DNA from: Octopus bimaculoides
Taxonomy: Eukaryota
Length of the DNA stretch: 64,000 bases
NCBI RefSeq assembly: GCF_001194135.2
Contig: NC_068997.1
Location: 43,573,042 to 43,637,041 of the forward strand
Direction of reading: 5' to 3'
The notes under the pieces were generated by a model, which was not told the origin of the DNA, did no database searches, and worked only from the letters and a program-made list of their open reading frames with translations. The position numbers and the translations under genes were made by a program. Positions 62,819 through 64,000 of this stretch are shown piece by piece. The stretch's first letter is position 1; each line of letters starts with the position of its first letter.

Positions 62819-63429
62819 CTCTATATACACACACACACACACACACACATACATATACACACACTTGCATTGTTTGTTCATATAATTCCATATTTTCATG
62901 AGAGCATAGCTTGGATGGGAACTTGTTTGAGGCAGAATTTTATGGCTGACTAGTTTCCCTGCCACCAACCCTTACCTGTTTTTCAAGTAAGGGATTTTAT
63001 TTTTTACTGGCCTTTGAAAGCACAGAGTGACCAGTTAAAAATGTCAGCAAGGAATCCAAACATCTGTAGCATTTTGCTCAAACAATGACAAGCAAATCCA
63101 TACAGACACTTACATTTCCCACTTATATATGCAAATATTACACACACACACACACACACACTTCAATATATATTGGTGAAGAATGTAAAGAATGGTAAGA
63201 AAACTATGAAAAGTGGTGCACAATGAATAAAGTCCTTTGTGGTGTTTGTTTTACACTGAGTTACAGGCATCCCTTATCACCCTCCTTGTCAAAGATGCAG
63301 TGAACCGGTGACTGGGTCACAAAGAAACATGTATCCAATAATGCTTAACAAACTGTTATAGAAAATAAATCAACCACTTAAATAGCATGCACACATTTAT
63401 TTATGATGTGTGTGTTATTTTTTTTTTTA

Positions 63430-63790
63430 TTAGTTTCAGTCATTTGACTACCGCCATGCTGGAGTACCACCTTTAGTCGAACAAATCAACCCCAGGACTT
63501 ATTCTTTGTAAGCCTAGTACTTATTCTATCAGTATCTTTTACCGAACTGCTAAGTTACGGGGGACACAAACAAACCGGCATCGGTTGTCAAGTGATGGTG
63601 GGGGGCACAAACACACACATATATACGACAGGCTTCTTTCAGTTTCTGTCTACCAAATCTACTCACAAGGCTTTGATCGGCCCAATGCTATAGTAGAAGA
63701 CACTCACCCAAGGTGTCACGCAGAGGGACTGAACCCAGAACCATGTGGGTGGGAAGCAAGCTACTTACCTCACATCCACTACTGCGCCTG
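63430..63790 (-). mobile_element. SINE family A, near full length
   Basis: Reverse complement of the young copies. Confidence 0.9.
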
Positions 63791-64000
63791 TGTGTATATT
63801 CTTTTACTTGCTTTGGTAATTGAATCGTGGCTATAGAAAGACACTCACGAAGGATTAAATCAATCAATCTGATCCTAGCACTAATTTTAAATCTGCTACC
63901 CTTCTTCCATCACTCTCCTTTTGCTGAACTGCTAAGTTACAGGGTCAAAAACAAATCAATACCAGTTGGCAAATGGTTGAGAGACAAACGCAAATACATG

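Noticed and set aside
63268-63310. IPYHPPCQRCSEPVTG, LIM/zinc-finger-like
   Set aside because: Cys/His spacing incomplete, weak splice sites, stop soon after

Overview
A eukaryotic, AT-rich, repeat-saturated window from a gapped assembly. The repeat families point to an octopus genome (inference; no search run). I found no intact protein-coding gene, RNA gene or CRISPR array; the window reads as intronic or intergenic. Nearly all ORF-track entries are microsatellite or SINE translations. Content: (1) dozens of tRNA-derived SINEs built from CORE-like, Meta-like and V-like modules; (2) degenerate Tc1/mariner transposons, two full-length with both TIRs; (3) hAT-type (8-bp TSD) and piggyBac-type (TTAA) MITEs; (4) two DINE-1/HINE-like elements; (5) decayed LINE pieces (RTE, CR1, L2-like, L1/Tx1-like ORF1); (6) Penelope-like ends next to (TA)n tracts, carrying hammerhead-ribozyme-like cores; (7) several local duplications and inverted repeats. 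Leads worth checking are the hammerhead-like cores, SINE module swapping at an internal microsatellite, inverted young SINE pairs as possible ADAR substrates, a 340-bp templated insertion, and a few unassigned small-exon candidates. I do not see evidence for a wholly new system. Boundaries of degenerate elements are approximate.
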